From the NCBI RefSeq assembly GCF_001194135.2, contig NC_068981.1, forward strand, positions 117,858,713 to 117,896,920: a stretch of DNA of 38,208 nucleotides, given 5' to 3'. The DNA comes from Octopus bimaculoides (taxonomy: Eukaryota). Each line of letters begins with the position of its first letter. Positions within the stretch are counted from its first letter, which is position 1. The position numbers and the translations under genes are program-made. Positions 23,323 to 36,700 of this stretch are shown here, in pieces. The notes under the pieces are model-generated. The model saw only the letters and a list, made by a program, of their open reading frames with translations. It made no database searches and was not told where the DNA came from.

Positions 23323-25409
23323 CAGTGTTGCCAACTTAAAATCAGAATTTTATGCTAAATTTCAATAGTAAAAATACCAAAATAATGCTAAAAAAACGCT
23401 AAGCATGACAAAAAAATTGCTAAAGATTAATTTTACCAAAATCTTAATTTTTATTTACATTTTTATTTACTTTCTTTAATAATATTCAGCATTGAGAAAT
23501 AATTTCTTGAATTTCACTGATTTGATCACTTTTAGCTGCAGTATATAGGTCTTGACCTCTGTATACATTCAAGGTCCCAATCTTGTTAATTATGCGTTTT
23601 GGAATATCGAAGTTTTTGCAACATTTGCCATATCTTTTCAGGCCATATTTTATAGACAGTATGATCTAAGCATAAGAAGATGCATTTTGATTTGATTACA
23701 CCCATACTACGGAACAACCGTTCAAATTTTGCAACATCTCTAAAAGGATTTCCACCAGTAGCATCTTTATATTCCAAGACTTCCAGACAGAATGCCTTAG
23801 TATTAGACGTATTTGTCCGTTTAACTAAATGAATGCTATTAAACTGAATTTCAATTGAAGCAATTTTTTCTTTATTTAAATGCATTGCTTCTAAGACAGG
23901 TAAAATTGGCTCTTTGAAATGCTGCAAAATATTCTCTACTGAAAAACGTTTGATATTCCTCAGTATATTAATATGTTCTGGTAAACGGTGCTTGAGCTCT
24001 TTATAAAGGCAGAGTAAAAATTGTTGTGCTCTTTTGCGAATATTATTTTCTTCGGTGACTTCAGTCTTCTTGATAATCATTTCTGATATCTTTCTCTCGA
24101 ACCTGTAGCCTAAATTTGATTTAGGATCCAGAAATTTTTCAATAGAAGCATCCAGATTAAAAAGGGCCAATTTTACATGTTGGCAACACTATCCTATTAG
24201 CAACAGATTTGATCAAGTTTGAAAGCTTTTCAAGTAATTTTGTTTTATCGACAGTGTTTGATTCAAACAGTTTATTCACTTCCTGAACATGTTTTAAAAT
24301 TGGATGCAAAAATCAAAGCTACAGTTCATTCCTAGAATCACAACACATTTCATATAACGTTTGTGCTGTAAAGCATTTTTCTTTTGCTGTTGTACTTTAG
24401 AAGTGAGTTTGCAATTCAAACCATTGGCTTAAAATTCTATTTACTGCTGGTTCTATTGACAGCCACCTAGTTGTACAAGAATTCATGATCTTCAAAGTCT
24501 CTTTATCATTGATGGCAAGATAAAGTTGTTTGCAGGCACTTTGTCTTGTTGAAGAATGAGAGGAACATTCATAGGTTTTGGATATTATAAATTCTAGATT
24601 TATGGGCAAGCATTCAGCACAAGCGTGGGATACTGCCAGCTGTAAAGAATGATATACACATCTAAATAGAAGTAATGATGGAACTTCTTTTAATTTCTGG
24701 AAAACACCATTGTTGATTCCTATCATTACTCTAGCATTGTCGGTTCCTATAACCAGTAAATTTTTTATATCTAATTTCTTTTTCACTAATTCAATTTTTA
24801 AGGCATCTACAATGCCATCTGCATCACATGTTTCTAAAGATGCCATACTGAGATATGTACCACTTTTTTGCGAGTGTCACTATAATATATGATAATAATT
24901 CCCAACAACTTGTTTATCAATACATCATTGGATTCATCAAATAACAGGCTAAATCTTCTATCTCCTATATCAGAAATCAAATCTCCATCAAAATATGGAG
25001 CTAGAACATTTCTCACAATATTTGCCCATTTTGTACGATGCAACTTCACTTTGGATATAATATCACTATCAGACATATAATTCTTGCATAACTCTATTAA
25101 GTGATCACAGCTATTAAATGATGAGTGGCAACAAATAAACATTGCTGAACTTGCTTCAAGCATAGATGTCTTATCATTTTTGGTTTTAATAAAGTTGGTA
25201 AGAGGAATCATTTGCTGTGGAGTTGATGCCTTATGTTTCCTTGCTTCAAAGTGGCTTACTAAAAGAGAATATTTTGCCAACATATTACTTCTGCAATGTG
25301 CTTTAGATTGGTCACTAGGTTCTTCACACAACCACTTAGTAAACGCTGGCATCGTAAGCCATTCCTTTCGGAATTTTTGCTGGTAAAACTTTGTTTTTTC
25401 TTTGCTCAT
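23323..25409 (-). mobile_element. hAT-superfamily DNA transposon with near full-length transposase pseudogene (~640 codons, ATG at 25409)
   Basis: Motifs in order: YQQKFRKEW...W...KAHC (zinc-finger-like), KLHRTK, FSLLFDESND, GTDNARVMIG, RCVYHSLQLA (CxxH-like), TRWLSIEPAV, LGYRFE, GGNPF and ERLFRSMGVIKSK. TIR-like CAGTGTTGCCAACTT at 23323. The far-end TIR was not found. Confidence 0.87.
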
Positions 25410-26235
25410 TAAAATGAAGTGGGAAGCAAGAAAATAAATTAAATGATTGATAAAAATATAAAATTGAAAACACAACTTATATCAGTTTGCTGTTAACAAT
25501 TCTTTCATTCAATATTAACAATTCTTATGTTTGCTGCTTACAAATTCTTGGGGTCAAGAATACTGATTCAGAATGCAGGGTGGCCAACTTATAAATGGAA
25601 AAGTAAAATCTGCAGAAATCCTAATACTGTGTTCTGATATAAACCTGGGAACATCATATTTCGCTTCCAATCTTACATTTAATATCTATTGGTAAAACCA
25701 CAAATATAACTATAATACTTGAAGAAAAAAGTAAGTAGAAATATAAAGGGGGGAGACCCCGCTACGCATCGTACTTCAACATAAGATATATAATCCAAAA
25801 CAAGCTTCAAAAAACACAGGCCTATTTCAAAACAGTCAAACTGAAAGTAAATCAGTCAACCTGTCATGATAAAGACGTATCACTAAAGAATAAAGCATTG
25901 TTAGGACGAATATCCATGCTTTCATTCTTTGCAACATATTTACATTATTGTGTTGTGAGTTCAGTTGCTGACATGAGTTATCTTCTCCTCGTCCTCCACT
26001 AGCACTACTCTGTATCCAAGCCGGTGGGAGTGGTGCTGGAAAAGTTAATAACTTGATAAACTTCCTCTTGATAAACTCTCATTTGAAATTAATAGCCGAT
26101 AGTACAAAAATTTGGCTATAAGATACATTAACGAAAGTAGAAAAGGAGGAAAAAAAGAAAAAAAGGGTAACTATTATGGAAACAATTATGTGCGTGTGTG
26201 TGTGGGTGTGTGGAGGTGTGTATATGTTTGTGTGA

Positions 26236-26413
26236 CTGTGTCGGTCCCCCCACCCCGTCATTGCTTGACAACCGATGCTTGTGTGTCTGCATCTCGATAG
26301 ACCCTGGTAGAATAAGTACTAGGCTTATAAGAGTAAGTCCTAGGGGCGATTTGTTCGACTAAAGGTGACGCTCCAGCATGGCCGTAGTCAAATGACTGAA
26401 ACAAATAAAAGAA
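26236..26413 (+). mobile_element. SINE tail fragment
   Basis: GCTTGACAACCGATG...AGAATAAGTACTAGGCTT...GATTTGTTCGACTAAAGG...CAGCATGGCCGTAGTCAAATGACTGAAAC. Confidence 0.85.
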
Positions 26414-26449
<36 letters not shown>

Positions 26450-27486
26450 TATATATATANNNNNNNNNNNNNNNNNNNNNNNNNNNNNNNNNNNNNNNNN
26501 NNNNNNNNNNNNNNNNNNNNNNNNNNNNNNNNNNNNNNNNNNNNNNNNNNNNNNNNNNNNNNNNNNNNNNNNNNNNNNNNNNNNNNNNNNNNNNNNNNNN
26601 NNNNNNNNNNNNNNNNNNNNNNNNNNNNNNNNNNNNNNNNNNNNNNNNNNNNNNNNNNNNNNNNNNNNNNNNNNNNNNNNNNNNNNNNNNNNNNNNNNNN
26701 NNNNNNNNNNNNNNNNNNNNNNNNNNNNNNNNNNNNNNNNNNNNNNNNNNNNNNNNNNNNNNNNNNNNNNNNNNNNNNNNNNNNNNNNNNNNNNNNNNNN
26801 NNNNNNNNNNNNNNNNNNNNNNNNNNNNNNNNNNNNNNNNNNNNNNNNNNNNNNNNNNNNNNNNNNNNNNNNNNNNNNNNNNNNNNNNNNNNNNNNNNNN
26901 NNNNNNNNNNNNNNNNNNNNNNNNNNNNNNNNNNNNNNNNNNNNNNNNNNNNNNNNNNNNNNNNNNNNNNNNNNNNNNNNNNNNNNNNNNNNNNNNNNNN
27001 NNNNNNNNNNNNNNNNNNNNNNNNNNNNNNNNNNNNNNNNNNNNNNNNNNNNNNNNNNNNNNNNNNNNNNNNNNNNNNNNNNNNNNNNNNNNNNNNNNNN
27101 NNNNNNNNNNNNNNNNNNNNNNNNNNNNNNNNNNNNNNNNNNNNNNNNNNNNNNNNNNNNNNNNNNNNNNNNNNNNNNNNNNNNNNNNNNNNNNNNNNNN
27201 NNNNNNNNNNNNNNNNNNNNNNNNNNNNNNNNNNNNNNNNNNNNNNNNNNNNNNNNNNNNNNNNNNNNNNNNNNNNNNNNNNNNNNNNNNNNNNNNNNNN
27301 NNNNNNNNNNNNNNNNNNNNNNNNNNNNNNNNNNNNNNNNNNNNNNNNNNNNNNNNNNNNNNNNNNNNNNNNNNNNNNNNNNNNNNNNNNNNNNNNNNNN
27401 NNNNNNNNNNNNNNNNNNNNNNNNNNNNNNNNNNNNNNNNNNNGGGGTGTGTGGGTGCGTGTGTATGTGTGTGAGCCAGAATGAGA

Positions 27487-27897
27487 GAGCGGTGTGTATG
27501 TAGTATTTACTCTCTCTCTCTCTCTCTCTCATACACACTCACACACAAAATAGAGAGTGAAGTTTTCTGCCGTTGTTACGTCAATACCGGCGCACGCGCG
27601 CGCGCATACACACGTGTGTCTTTGTAAATATGTTTGTATACATTTATGTATGTGTGTGTTTGTAAGAGACAGAGTGTGAGTGAGAGAGAGAGGTTTGCTG
27701 TCATGTATACGTAAATGCATAAATATACATACATCTTTGGGTGTATGCATATGACAACACAGCCCTTGACTCACTCACACTCTGTCTCTTACAAACACGC
27801 ACGCGCGCGCATACACACGTGTGTCTTTCTAAATATGTTTGTATACATTTATGTATGTGTGTGCTTGTAAGAGACAGAGCGGTGTGTATGTAGTATT

Positions 27898-27947
<50 letters not shown>

Positions 27948-28060
27948 CACACGAACACACACACTCACACACAAAATAGAGAGTGAAGCTTTTTGCCGTG
28001 GTTACGTCAATACCGGAGAGAGTGAAGCTTTTTGCCGTTGTTACGTCAATACCGGAAGTT
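27487..28060. repeat. Complex local duplication with internal inversion
   Basis: Block A at 27487-27590 and 27877-28016, with its 39-bp end repeated at 28017-28055. Block B at about 27592-27674 and 27799-27879. Perfect 29-bp inversion between 27656-27684 and 27770-27798. Confidence 0.88.
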
Positions 28061-28954
28061 GACATTGAGGAACCTTTTTAAAGAAGTGAATCTTAAATAT
28101 AAAGCAATATTATTTATTCTTAATTTAAAAACTCAAATGAAGAGCCTAACATTTATCCGAGGTCAAATTATTCATGCACCACAAGTATGGAAGCATTTGG
28201 TGAAGTCGATTTCACGTGAAAAGCGATTACACACACATCTCTGTTTTATATATAGTATAGATAAGTGTAAAGTAAATAACAGAAGTAAAATATCCGATTA
28301 TGAGTAATATATATGTATAAAATGTGTAAATCCATATACGTTCATAGTGATTTACATATATAAAAACAATACAGATCCAAAATCAATCAATGAATGTCCC
28401 TTGGTTAAGGAAATTTTAAACTAGTGTGTGTACCCAATAGCATCCCCAAAAGGAAATGTATCTAGTCATAACGGTTCTTCAGATACATACATACTCAGAC
28501 ACACTTGCATACATACGTGCATGCGCAAATACGCCTACATGTTCATATATTTATTATGTATATATATNNNNNNNNNNNNNNNNNNNNNNNNNNNNNNNNN
28601 NNNNNNNNNNNNNNNNNNNNNNNNNNNNNNNNNNNNNNNNNNNNNNNNNNNNNNNNNNNNNNNNNNNNNNNNNNNNNNNNNNNNNNNNNNNNNNNNNNNN
28701 NNNNNNNNNNNNNNNNNNNNNNNNNNNNNNNNNNNNNNNNNNNNNNNNNNNNNNNNNNNNNNNNNNNNNNNNNNNNNNNNNNNNNNNNNNNNNNNNNNNN
28801 NNNNNNNNNNNNNNNNNNNNNNNNNNNNNNNNNNNNNNNNNNNNNNNNNNNNNNNNNNNNNNNNNNNNNNNNNNNNNNNNNNNNNNNNNNNNNNNNNNNN
28901 NNNNNNNNNNNNNNNNNNNNNNNNNNNNNNNNNNNNNNNNNNNNNNNNNNNNNN

Positions 28955-28998
<44 letters not shown>

Positions 28999-29202
28999 TA
29001 CATACATATATACACACACATATATATATATACAAACATACATATATATAAATACATACACACACACACACACACATATATAAGTATACATACTTTCATA
29101 CATACACATATACATACTTACGCATACGTACATACATGCCTATGCATAAATGTACATAAATACATAGATACGCATGCGTATACGTAGTTGTGTACGTAAT
29201 TA

Positions 29203-29350
29203 CAGGAGGTAAATAGCTCGCTCTTACCAACCACATGGTCCTGGGTTCAATCCTACTGCGTGTCACCTTGGGCCAGTGTTTTCTTCTATAGTTTTGGGCT
29301 AAAACCTTGTGAGCACATTTGGCAGACCAAAACTGAAAGAAACCTTTCGT
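29203..29350 (+). mobile_element. SINE head/core
   Basis: CCAACCACATGGTCCTGGGTTCAATCC (B box 29244-29253), CACCTTGGGCCAG and TTTGGCAGACCAAAACTGAAAGAA. Confidence 0.82.
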
Positions 29351-29361
29351 ATATCTATCTA

Positions 29362-29400
<39 letters not shown>

Positions 29401-29652
29401 ACCTATCTATCACTCTATCTATCTCTCTCTCTCTATATATATATACATATATATATTGAACACTCAATATTTCATATATTCAATAAAACATATTCCATAT
29501 ATTCAATAAGACATTCAATACTTTATTTCATTGTACCATCCATTTTTATATTATATATTGTATATTCCATTTTCTATATCCCACATTAATTTTACAAGAA
29601 TATAAATAAAATATAAAAAACAGACAGAGTTGGAACTCTTTTAAACAAAATA

Positions 29653-29697
<45 letters not shown>

Positions 29698-29701
<4 letters not shown>

Positions 29702-29904
29702 TATGTTTGCCCCCAACCATCGCTTGACAACCGATGTTGGTGTGTTTACGTCTCGTAACCTAACAGTCGGCAAAAGAAATCGATAGAATAAGTACTAGGC
29801 TTACAAAGAATAAGTCCCGTGGTTCGATTTGTTCGACTAAAGGCAGTTCTCCAGCATGGCCGCAGTCAAAATGATTGAAACAATTGAAAGAGTAAAAGAT
29901 TAAA
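29698..29904 (+). mobile_element. SINE tail (possibly the same insertion as 29203-29350)
   Basis: CGCTTGACAACCGATGTTGGTGTGTTTACG...CGGCAAAAG...GATAGAATAAGTACTAGGCTTACAAAGAATAAGTCC...CAGCATGGCCGCAGTCAAA. Confidence 0.88.
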
Positions 29905-30832
29905 GGAGAGATATATTCACATAACCAAACATAGGTACATACATTATGCATATAATCACACGTTTATATAAACTATACAGTTTTTCAAAATATTTTTCAG
30001 TTTATAAAAATATGTTAAAATGTAGTTATTTATGTAAGGAAATAAAGGCAGCAATATTGTGTAGTATGAGTTGCATAGTCGGTGTTGTATTTATGTATAA
30101 AAGATATGGGAAGAAATGTAGTGTTTGAGTGAAAATAATGGCTCCAAAGGGTTCTGCAAGAAACGTCCAATAGATGGGCACATATTAATTTCAACTTATG
30201 TAGGCAAATGACTATTAAATATATATGGTTATTGATATTTAGTATTTCTAAGTAAATGTTAATTTGTAGCGTTTAAGTAAGGTCATAGAGCCAAAAATAT
30301 TGTGCAGTATAAGTGCTATTTACGAAAGTGTAAACACACGGGTGGAAGGGAATAAGAATAGCAGAGTTAATGATTGCAATAGTTTCAGAAAATTTCTTCA
30401 AATAAAGGTGGACGTATTACTTTCAGTTTATTCCTAATATTATATTTTATAGTTATGTTATCCTGTAATATAATTATCTTATATATTTTTTATTTAAATT
30501 TAGAGCACACATGATTCGCTGCATGAATACAAGAAATACATTTTCATGAGTTAAGTAATTTTTTTTTAAAAACTGAGGATTCTAAACGTTTCTTCGGTAG
30601 ACAATTCATATATCTTATTCGAGATTTTATAACAACTTGCAGAACAAATAATATCCCATCCTTTAAATCCCATATGAACTTACTTAATCCGGTGTAATAA
30701 ATATTTTGTATATTTTAAAACTCCGTGGGTGGTTAGGCTCTCTGAACTTAATCGTATTTTTGGTAGACCCTATATGATAACATATAAGTTGTAAGGATTC
30801 ATTAGAACCTAAGTTTGTAAATTTAAAATTTC

Positions 30833-30889
<57 letters not shown>

Positions 30890-30907
30890 ACATATATATA
30901 TATGTAT

Positions 30908-30962
<55 letters not shown>

Positions 30963-31633
30963 CATAGAGAGATAGAGAGAGAGACTGACAACCAGACAGA
31001 GAAACAGAGGCTGAGAGAATGCTAAAGCTATATAGGTCATAGGATATTAACATTATTTGTATACCTATGAGTGTATTTACTAATGTATATGTGTATGTGA
31101 GTGGCTGCAGGTTTAGCCAAAGTGAGCGCATGTATGTACGTGCGTGCGTGCGTGTGTGTATGTGTGTGCATGTGTTTAACATCTGTACACGATCATACAA
31201 AATCAACGGTAGTATAACTATCACTTTAACAATGCAAATGTAAATGAGGTTAAGAGAAAAATATAGAAATGAAGAGAGGGGAAAAGTACGGAATGGTATA
31301 TCCAGACTAAAATTAAGGGCAGACAGTAGAAGAGACACAGACAGACAGGTGGAAGGAGGGTGTGAGGGTGGGGAGTTCTGTAAAAATGGAAACTTCGAGA
31401 GAGAAAGAGAAAGTTGGGCCTATTGCTCTCCATATATAGAGTGGTACAAATATAAACACACGCACACACACATACACACACATACACATACATATATATA
31501 TAGAGAGAGAGAGAGAGACAGAGAGACGGACTGAGACTGAGATACATGTTAATCTAGTTATCTAATTAGCTAGGGAGGTAGGAAGATTAGTAGATAGTTA
31601 GACAGACCGACTGACATATATATTTATATACAT

Positions 31634-31638
31634 GTATG

Positions 31639-31690
<52 letters not shown>

Positions 31691-31721
31691 GATAGATAGA
31701 TAGATAGAAAGATAGAGAGAT

Positions 31722-31752
<31 letters not shown>

Positions 31753-31777
31753 TAGATAGATAGAAAGATAGATAGAT

Positions 31778-31830
<53 letters not shown>

Positions 31831-31967
31831 CTAAATAGGNNNNNNNNNNNNNNNNNNNNNNNNNNNNNNNNNNNNNNNNNNNNNNNNNNNNNNNNNNNNN
31901 NNNNNNNNNNNNNNNNNNNNNNNNNNNNNNNNNNNNNNNNNNNNNNNNNNNNNNNNNNNNNNGTATG

Positions 31968-32019
<52 letters not shown>

Positions 32020-32050
32020 GATAGATAGATAGATAGAAAGATAGAGAGAT

Positions 32051-32081
<31 letters not shown>

Positions 32082-32106
32082 TAGATAGATAGAAAGATAG
32101 ATAGAT

Positions 32107-32159
<53 letters not shown>

Positions 32160-32168
32160 CTAAATAGG
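31634..32168. repeat. (GATA)n/(GACA)n compound microsatellite, present twice across a gap
   Basis: 31634-31839 and 31963-32168 are the same 206-bp interrupted tract on either side of a 123-N gap. Confidence 0.9.
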
Positions 32169-33364
32169 TGTTTGAAATGAAGGAAGATTATAGATCGCGA
32201 GAAGACTATTACGAGACGATGTAGATGGAAGAAAATGCCGAAAACGTAAACATTAAGGAGCAGAATTGGGGTAAAATTAGAAGGAACGGGTAGAGGTGTG
32301 CAGGAGAGAGACAGGGGAGGGGAGGGAGGGACTGCGAGAGAAACAAGAGCGATAGAAAGGGAGGTCAAACGACAAACGAAGACTGAGGCAAAAAGCCAAA
32401 GAGGGAGAGAAATCCTGGTGTTTGGGATATGCGTGTTTGTATGTGTGTAATGAGAACCTGCAATATATAAAGGTGAGTTAAGCAATATTGGAAATAAAGC
32501 GGTAATAAGAGAAAAGGTGAGTGAGATAATTAAAAAGCGACAAGGAGCAATAGAGTGGTAGCTCGACATTCACAATCAGACAAGGAGAAAGAGAGAGAGA
32601 CGAAGAGAGAGAGAAAGGGGACAGAGACTGAGAGAGAGAGGGAGGGGCTGAATTGTGTATTCGAGAAGAGAACGAAGTGGGTTGATATAAATTAGACGAC
32701 TCCTTTCCTCACAATTTAATATCTGTTAATACCCGCACTCTACTTCTTTGTATAGTTTTTGTCTTAATACGAACTGCAGTGTCACTGATGACCTGTCCCT
32801 CTCCCCCTGTCCCTCTTCCTCTTTTTCTCTCTTTCGAAACATTCATATGTATGTATATATGCATACATATATATGTATATGTACATACAGATACATTACA
32901 TATATATATATATATATATATTTAATATATATATATATATATNNNNNNNNNNNNNNNNNNNNNNNNNNNNNNNNNNNNNNNNNNNNNNNNNNNNNNNNNN
33001 NNNNNNNNNNNNNNNNNNNNNNNNNNNNNNNNNNNNNNNNNNNNNNNNNNNNNNNNNNNNNNNNNNNNNNNNNNNNNNNNNNNNNNNNNNNNNNNNNNNN
33101 NNNNNNNNNNNNNNNNNNNNNNNNNNNNNNNNNNNNNNNNNNNNNNNNNNNNNNNNNNNNNNNNNNNNNNNNNNNNNNNNNNNNNNNNNNNNNNNNNNNN
33201 NNNNNNNNNNNNNNNNNNNNNNNNNNNNNNNNNNNNNNNNNNNNNNNNNNNNNNNNNNNNNNNNNNNNNNNNNNNNNNNNNNNNNNNNNNNNNNNNNNNN
33301 NNNNNNNNNNNNNNNNNNNNNNNNNNNNNNNNNNNNNNNNNNNNNNNNNNNNNNNNNNNNNNNN

Positions 33365-33421
<57 letters not shown>

Positions 33422-33661
33422 GTATATATACATACAGATACATTACACAGATATATACAAACATATACGGATATGTATATATACATATAGAGACATATAC
33501 ATATATATATAGATGAATACACACATACATACATGTTGATGTTACTTGACATTATACATCCTATCTTACTTTTTCTCGTTTACTATCTCTCACACTCTCG
33601 ATTTCTCTCCCTCTCTCTCTTTCTTTCTTTCTGTCTTTCTTTCTTTCTCTCTATCTCTTTC

Positions 33662-33724
<63 letters not shown>

Positions 33725-35179
33725 ATGACCACCTCCCTAGCTTTCTTCTACTGTACGAGAAATTGAAACAAAATGGCGATAAATTGAAAACAAGGTAAAC
33801 AAGAAAAATCTGATGAAATTTATGTCAGATATTTTATCTTGTCTATCCACGATCGACTGACCTAAATTTACATTAGTTATATGGTTTGTCTGCTTATACC
33901 TAGGCGTCCATACGTACACACATACACACACACATATATAGATCCATAAACACATGCATGCAAGTATGAACGCTTCCATGCATATATGAGTACGCATGTA
34001 TATATGTAAAACTGCATAGATATTATGCGCATAAAACGATAGAAACATAAACATAAGTACTTACATACAAGTATGTTCAGTAGCAAGGTTCCATTCATGC
34101 ATATATGCATACATATACATACATACATACGCATACGCACAAAGGCATTCATATATATATATATATATATGTATATNNNNNNNNNNNNNNNNNNNNNNNN
34201 NNNNNNNNNNNNNNNNNNNNNNNNNNNNNNNNNNNNNNNNNNNNNNNNNNNNNNNNNNNNNNNNNNNNNNNNNNNNNNNNNNNNNNNNNNNNNNNNNNNN
34301 NNNNNNNNNNNNNNNNNNNNNNNNNNNNNNNNNNNNNNNNNNNNNNNNNNNNNNNNNNNNNNNNNNNNNNNNNNNNNNNNNNNNNNNNNNNNNNNNNNNN
34401 NNNNNNNNNNNNNNNNNNNNNNNNNNNNNNNNNNNNNNNNNNNNNNNNNNNNNNNNNNNNNNNNNNNNNNNNNNNNNNNNNNNNNNNNNNNNNNNNNNNN
34501 NNNNNNNNNNNNNNNNNNNNNNNNNNNNNNNNNNNNNNNNNNNNNNNNNNNNNNNNNNNNNNNNNNNNNNNNNNNNNNNNNNNNNNNNNNNNNNNNNNNN
34601 NNNNNNNNNNNNNNNNNNNNNNNNNNNNNNNNNNNNNNNNNNNNNNNNNNNNNNNNNNNNNNNNNNNNNNNNNNNNNNNNNNNNNNNNNNNNNNNNNNNN
34701 NNNNNNNNNNNNNNNNNNNNNNNNNNNNNNNNNNNNNNNNNNNNNNNNNNNNNNNNNNNNNNNNNNNNNNNNNNNNNNNNNNNNNNNNNNNNNNNNNNNN
34801 NNNNNNNNNNNNNNNNNNNNNNNNNNNNNNNNNNNNNNNNNNNNNNNNNNNNNNNNNNNNNNNNNNNNNNNNNNNNNNNNNNNNNNNNNNNNNNNNNNNN
34901 NNNNNNNNNNNNNNNNNNNNNNNNNNNNNNNNNNNNNNNNNNNNNNNNNNNNNNNNNNNNNNNNNNNNNNNNNNNNNNNNNNNNNNNNNNNNNNNNNNNN
35001 NNNNNNNNNNNNNNNNNNNNNNNNNNNNNNNNNNNNNNNNNNNNNNATATATATATATATATATATACATAGACAAGCACATACCTACGTACTTACACAT
35101 ACGTACATTCATTAATCATGTATATGTATGGGCGTTCTGGTATTTAAAAGTAAATAACACGGCAACGGTATAGCTGAAA

Positions 35180-36700
35180 TCTATATCTATACTGCAGAAA
35201 AAGAACCCGAAAGCTTGTAGATACCTTACAACTGATCTGAGACGATATGTTTTAACAGGTCCGCAACCTTAATTTGAATGGCAGGCCAGGCAATAGCAGA
35301 ATAATGTTAGAACCTGGTCAATTAGATTCAGAGACACTTAATGAAATAGCTAAGAAACATCTGAAGGCTATACAGTCTATAGACATGAAAAGAATCTACG
35401 AAGCCATTAAACTTTTAATATATCTCAGTCATTACATTTGTACTGTATCGCAAAGAGCTGAACTTCTGCAAAGGAGATTCACCCAGAAATCCTGAACCAC
35501 CATGGGCACGTAACTTAGAAAACAAAATCTTGTTGCTGCAAAGAAGTATGTCATAGATCGTTGTATTCTTGAAATGTAGCACAGAGAACAACTTCACACG
35601 TCATCAGAAAGATGTCAGAAAGGAACTAGAGAGACGATTTAATGATGCAAGATTCAAAGATTTAAACTCCAAACTGCTCTAGCTGAAAAAGTAAAGTTAC
35701 ACCTGAAAAACTAAAATGTAGTTCTACATCTTATAAATGGCAAATGTTCAATAACTTATTTGGTAAGTCAATTTATCGCAACTTCAATTCGAAAGGCTCA
35801 GTCTCTGTGAAAGCCTCCACTATGAAATATCAGGTTGAGAGCCATTGGAAATCAAATGATATTTTCAACAAACAAACTGCAAGGCTAAGAGAGCTTGAGA
35901 AAGACTACTGCCAGCACGTCTGGCAAAAACAATATAAAGCAAGAAATCCCCAGGCCCAATAGGCTACTGAGTGAAGAATTTCAACTGATACGCTTGTATG
36001 GAGAAAATATCATGGGCACACTAGAACTGCTCCAATTGAAATCAACTCTATATATTCTCCTCTGCTGACTGCAAGGGCGTGGCGCTTCTTTTGTCTCCTG
36101 GTCGCACAGGAATGCGAAGCCCCATTATTGATCTCCTTCTCATCATCTGCTGAACGTATTTGTAGACGTGTATAATTTAGTCTAAACACCAAGCTGCTTC
36201 TCTTTCTCCTACTATCCCCTTCAACCCTTACATTTAATTATACTCAGAATAGTACGAACAAAGATTGGTATCTCAAGACAGTTACAATACCAATGATTGT
36301 AGGAGTACTTGCAATGATCAACAAAGGAAGTGAAAATTATTTTTAAATGATCCCTGGGTTACCATCCATGCAGGAAGTGCAAGCGATTGTTTTAACTGGT
36401 ACATCACCCGTATAGAGAAAAGCATTGTTGCTGTGAATTTTCTTTCCATTTTATTCTTTGTTTACTTTTATATTTTATATTTTTCCTTTTTCTCTCTGTC
36501 TTTCTTCCCATTTTTCTCTATCACATGACTGTGTAAATGAACATTCTGGTGTATTTATTTTAATGACCTACAAATATATACAGTGCGTTTCTCTCCCCTA
36601 GGTGTCAGGAAGAGACACGGCAAGTAAAGAGAACAGAATTGAAAGATGATAATGAAAATAACGGTAATAATAATAATAATAATGATAATAATAATATACG
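35180..36700 (+). mobile_element. Old, internally deleted R4/Dong-like RLE LINE (pre-RT region plus extreme 3' end) ending in (TAA)n
   Basis: PPWARNLENKILLLQR, FNNLFGKSIYRNF...VESHWK...ARLRELEK, then the RLE C-terminus WYLKTVTIPMIVGVLAM...IPGLPSMQEVQAIVLTGT, a T-rich 3' UTR and a TAA tract at 36665-36697. No RT core. Confidence 0.78.

Noticed and set aside
31634-32168. Apparent 206-bp tandem duplication of a GATA/GACA tract
   Set aside because: Identical copies on both sides of a small gap indicate unmerged overlapping contig ends, an assembly artefact.
33765-33800. AAAATGGCG (YY1-like, or a start codon) followed by AG|GTAAAC donor-like site
   Set aside because: The frame stops after four codons, and isolated short motifs are not diagnostic.
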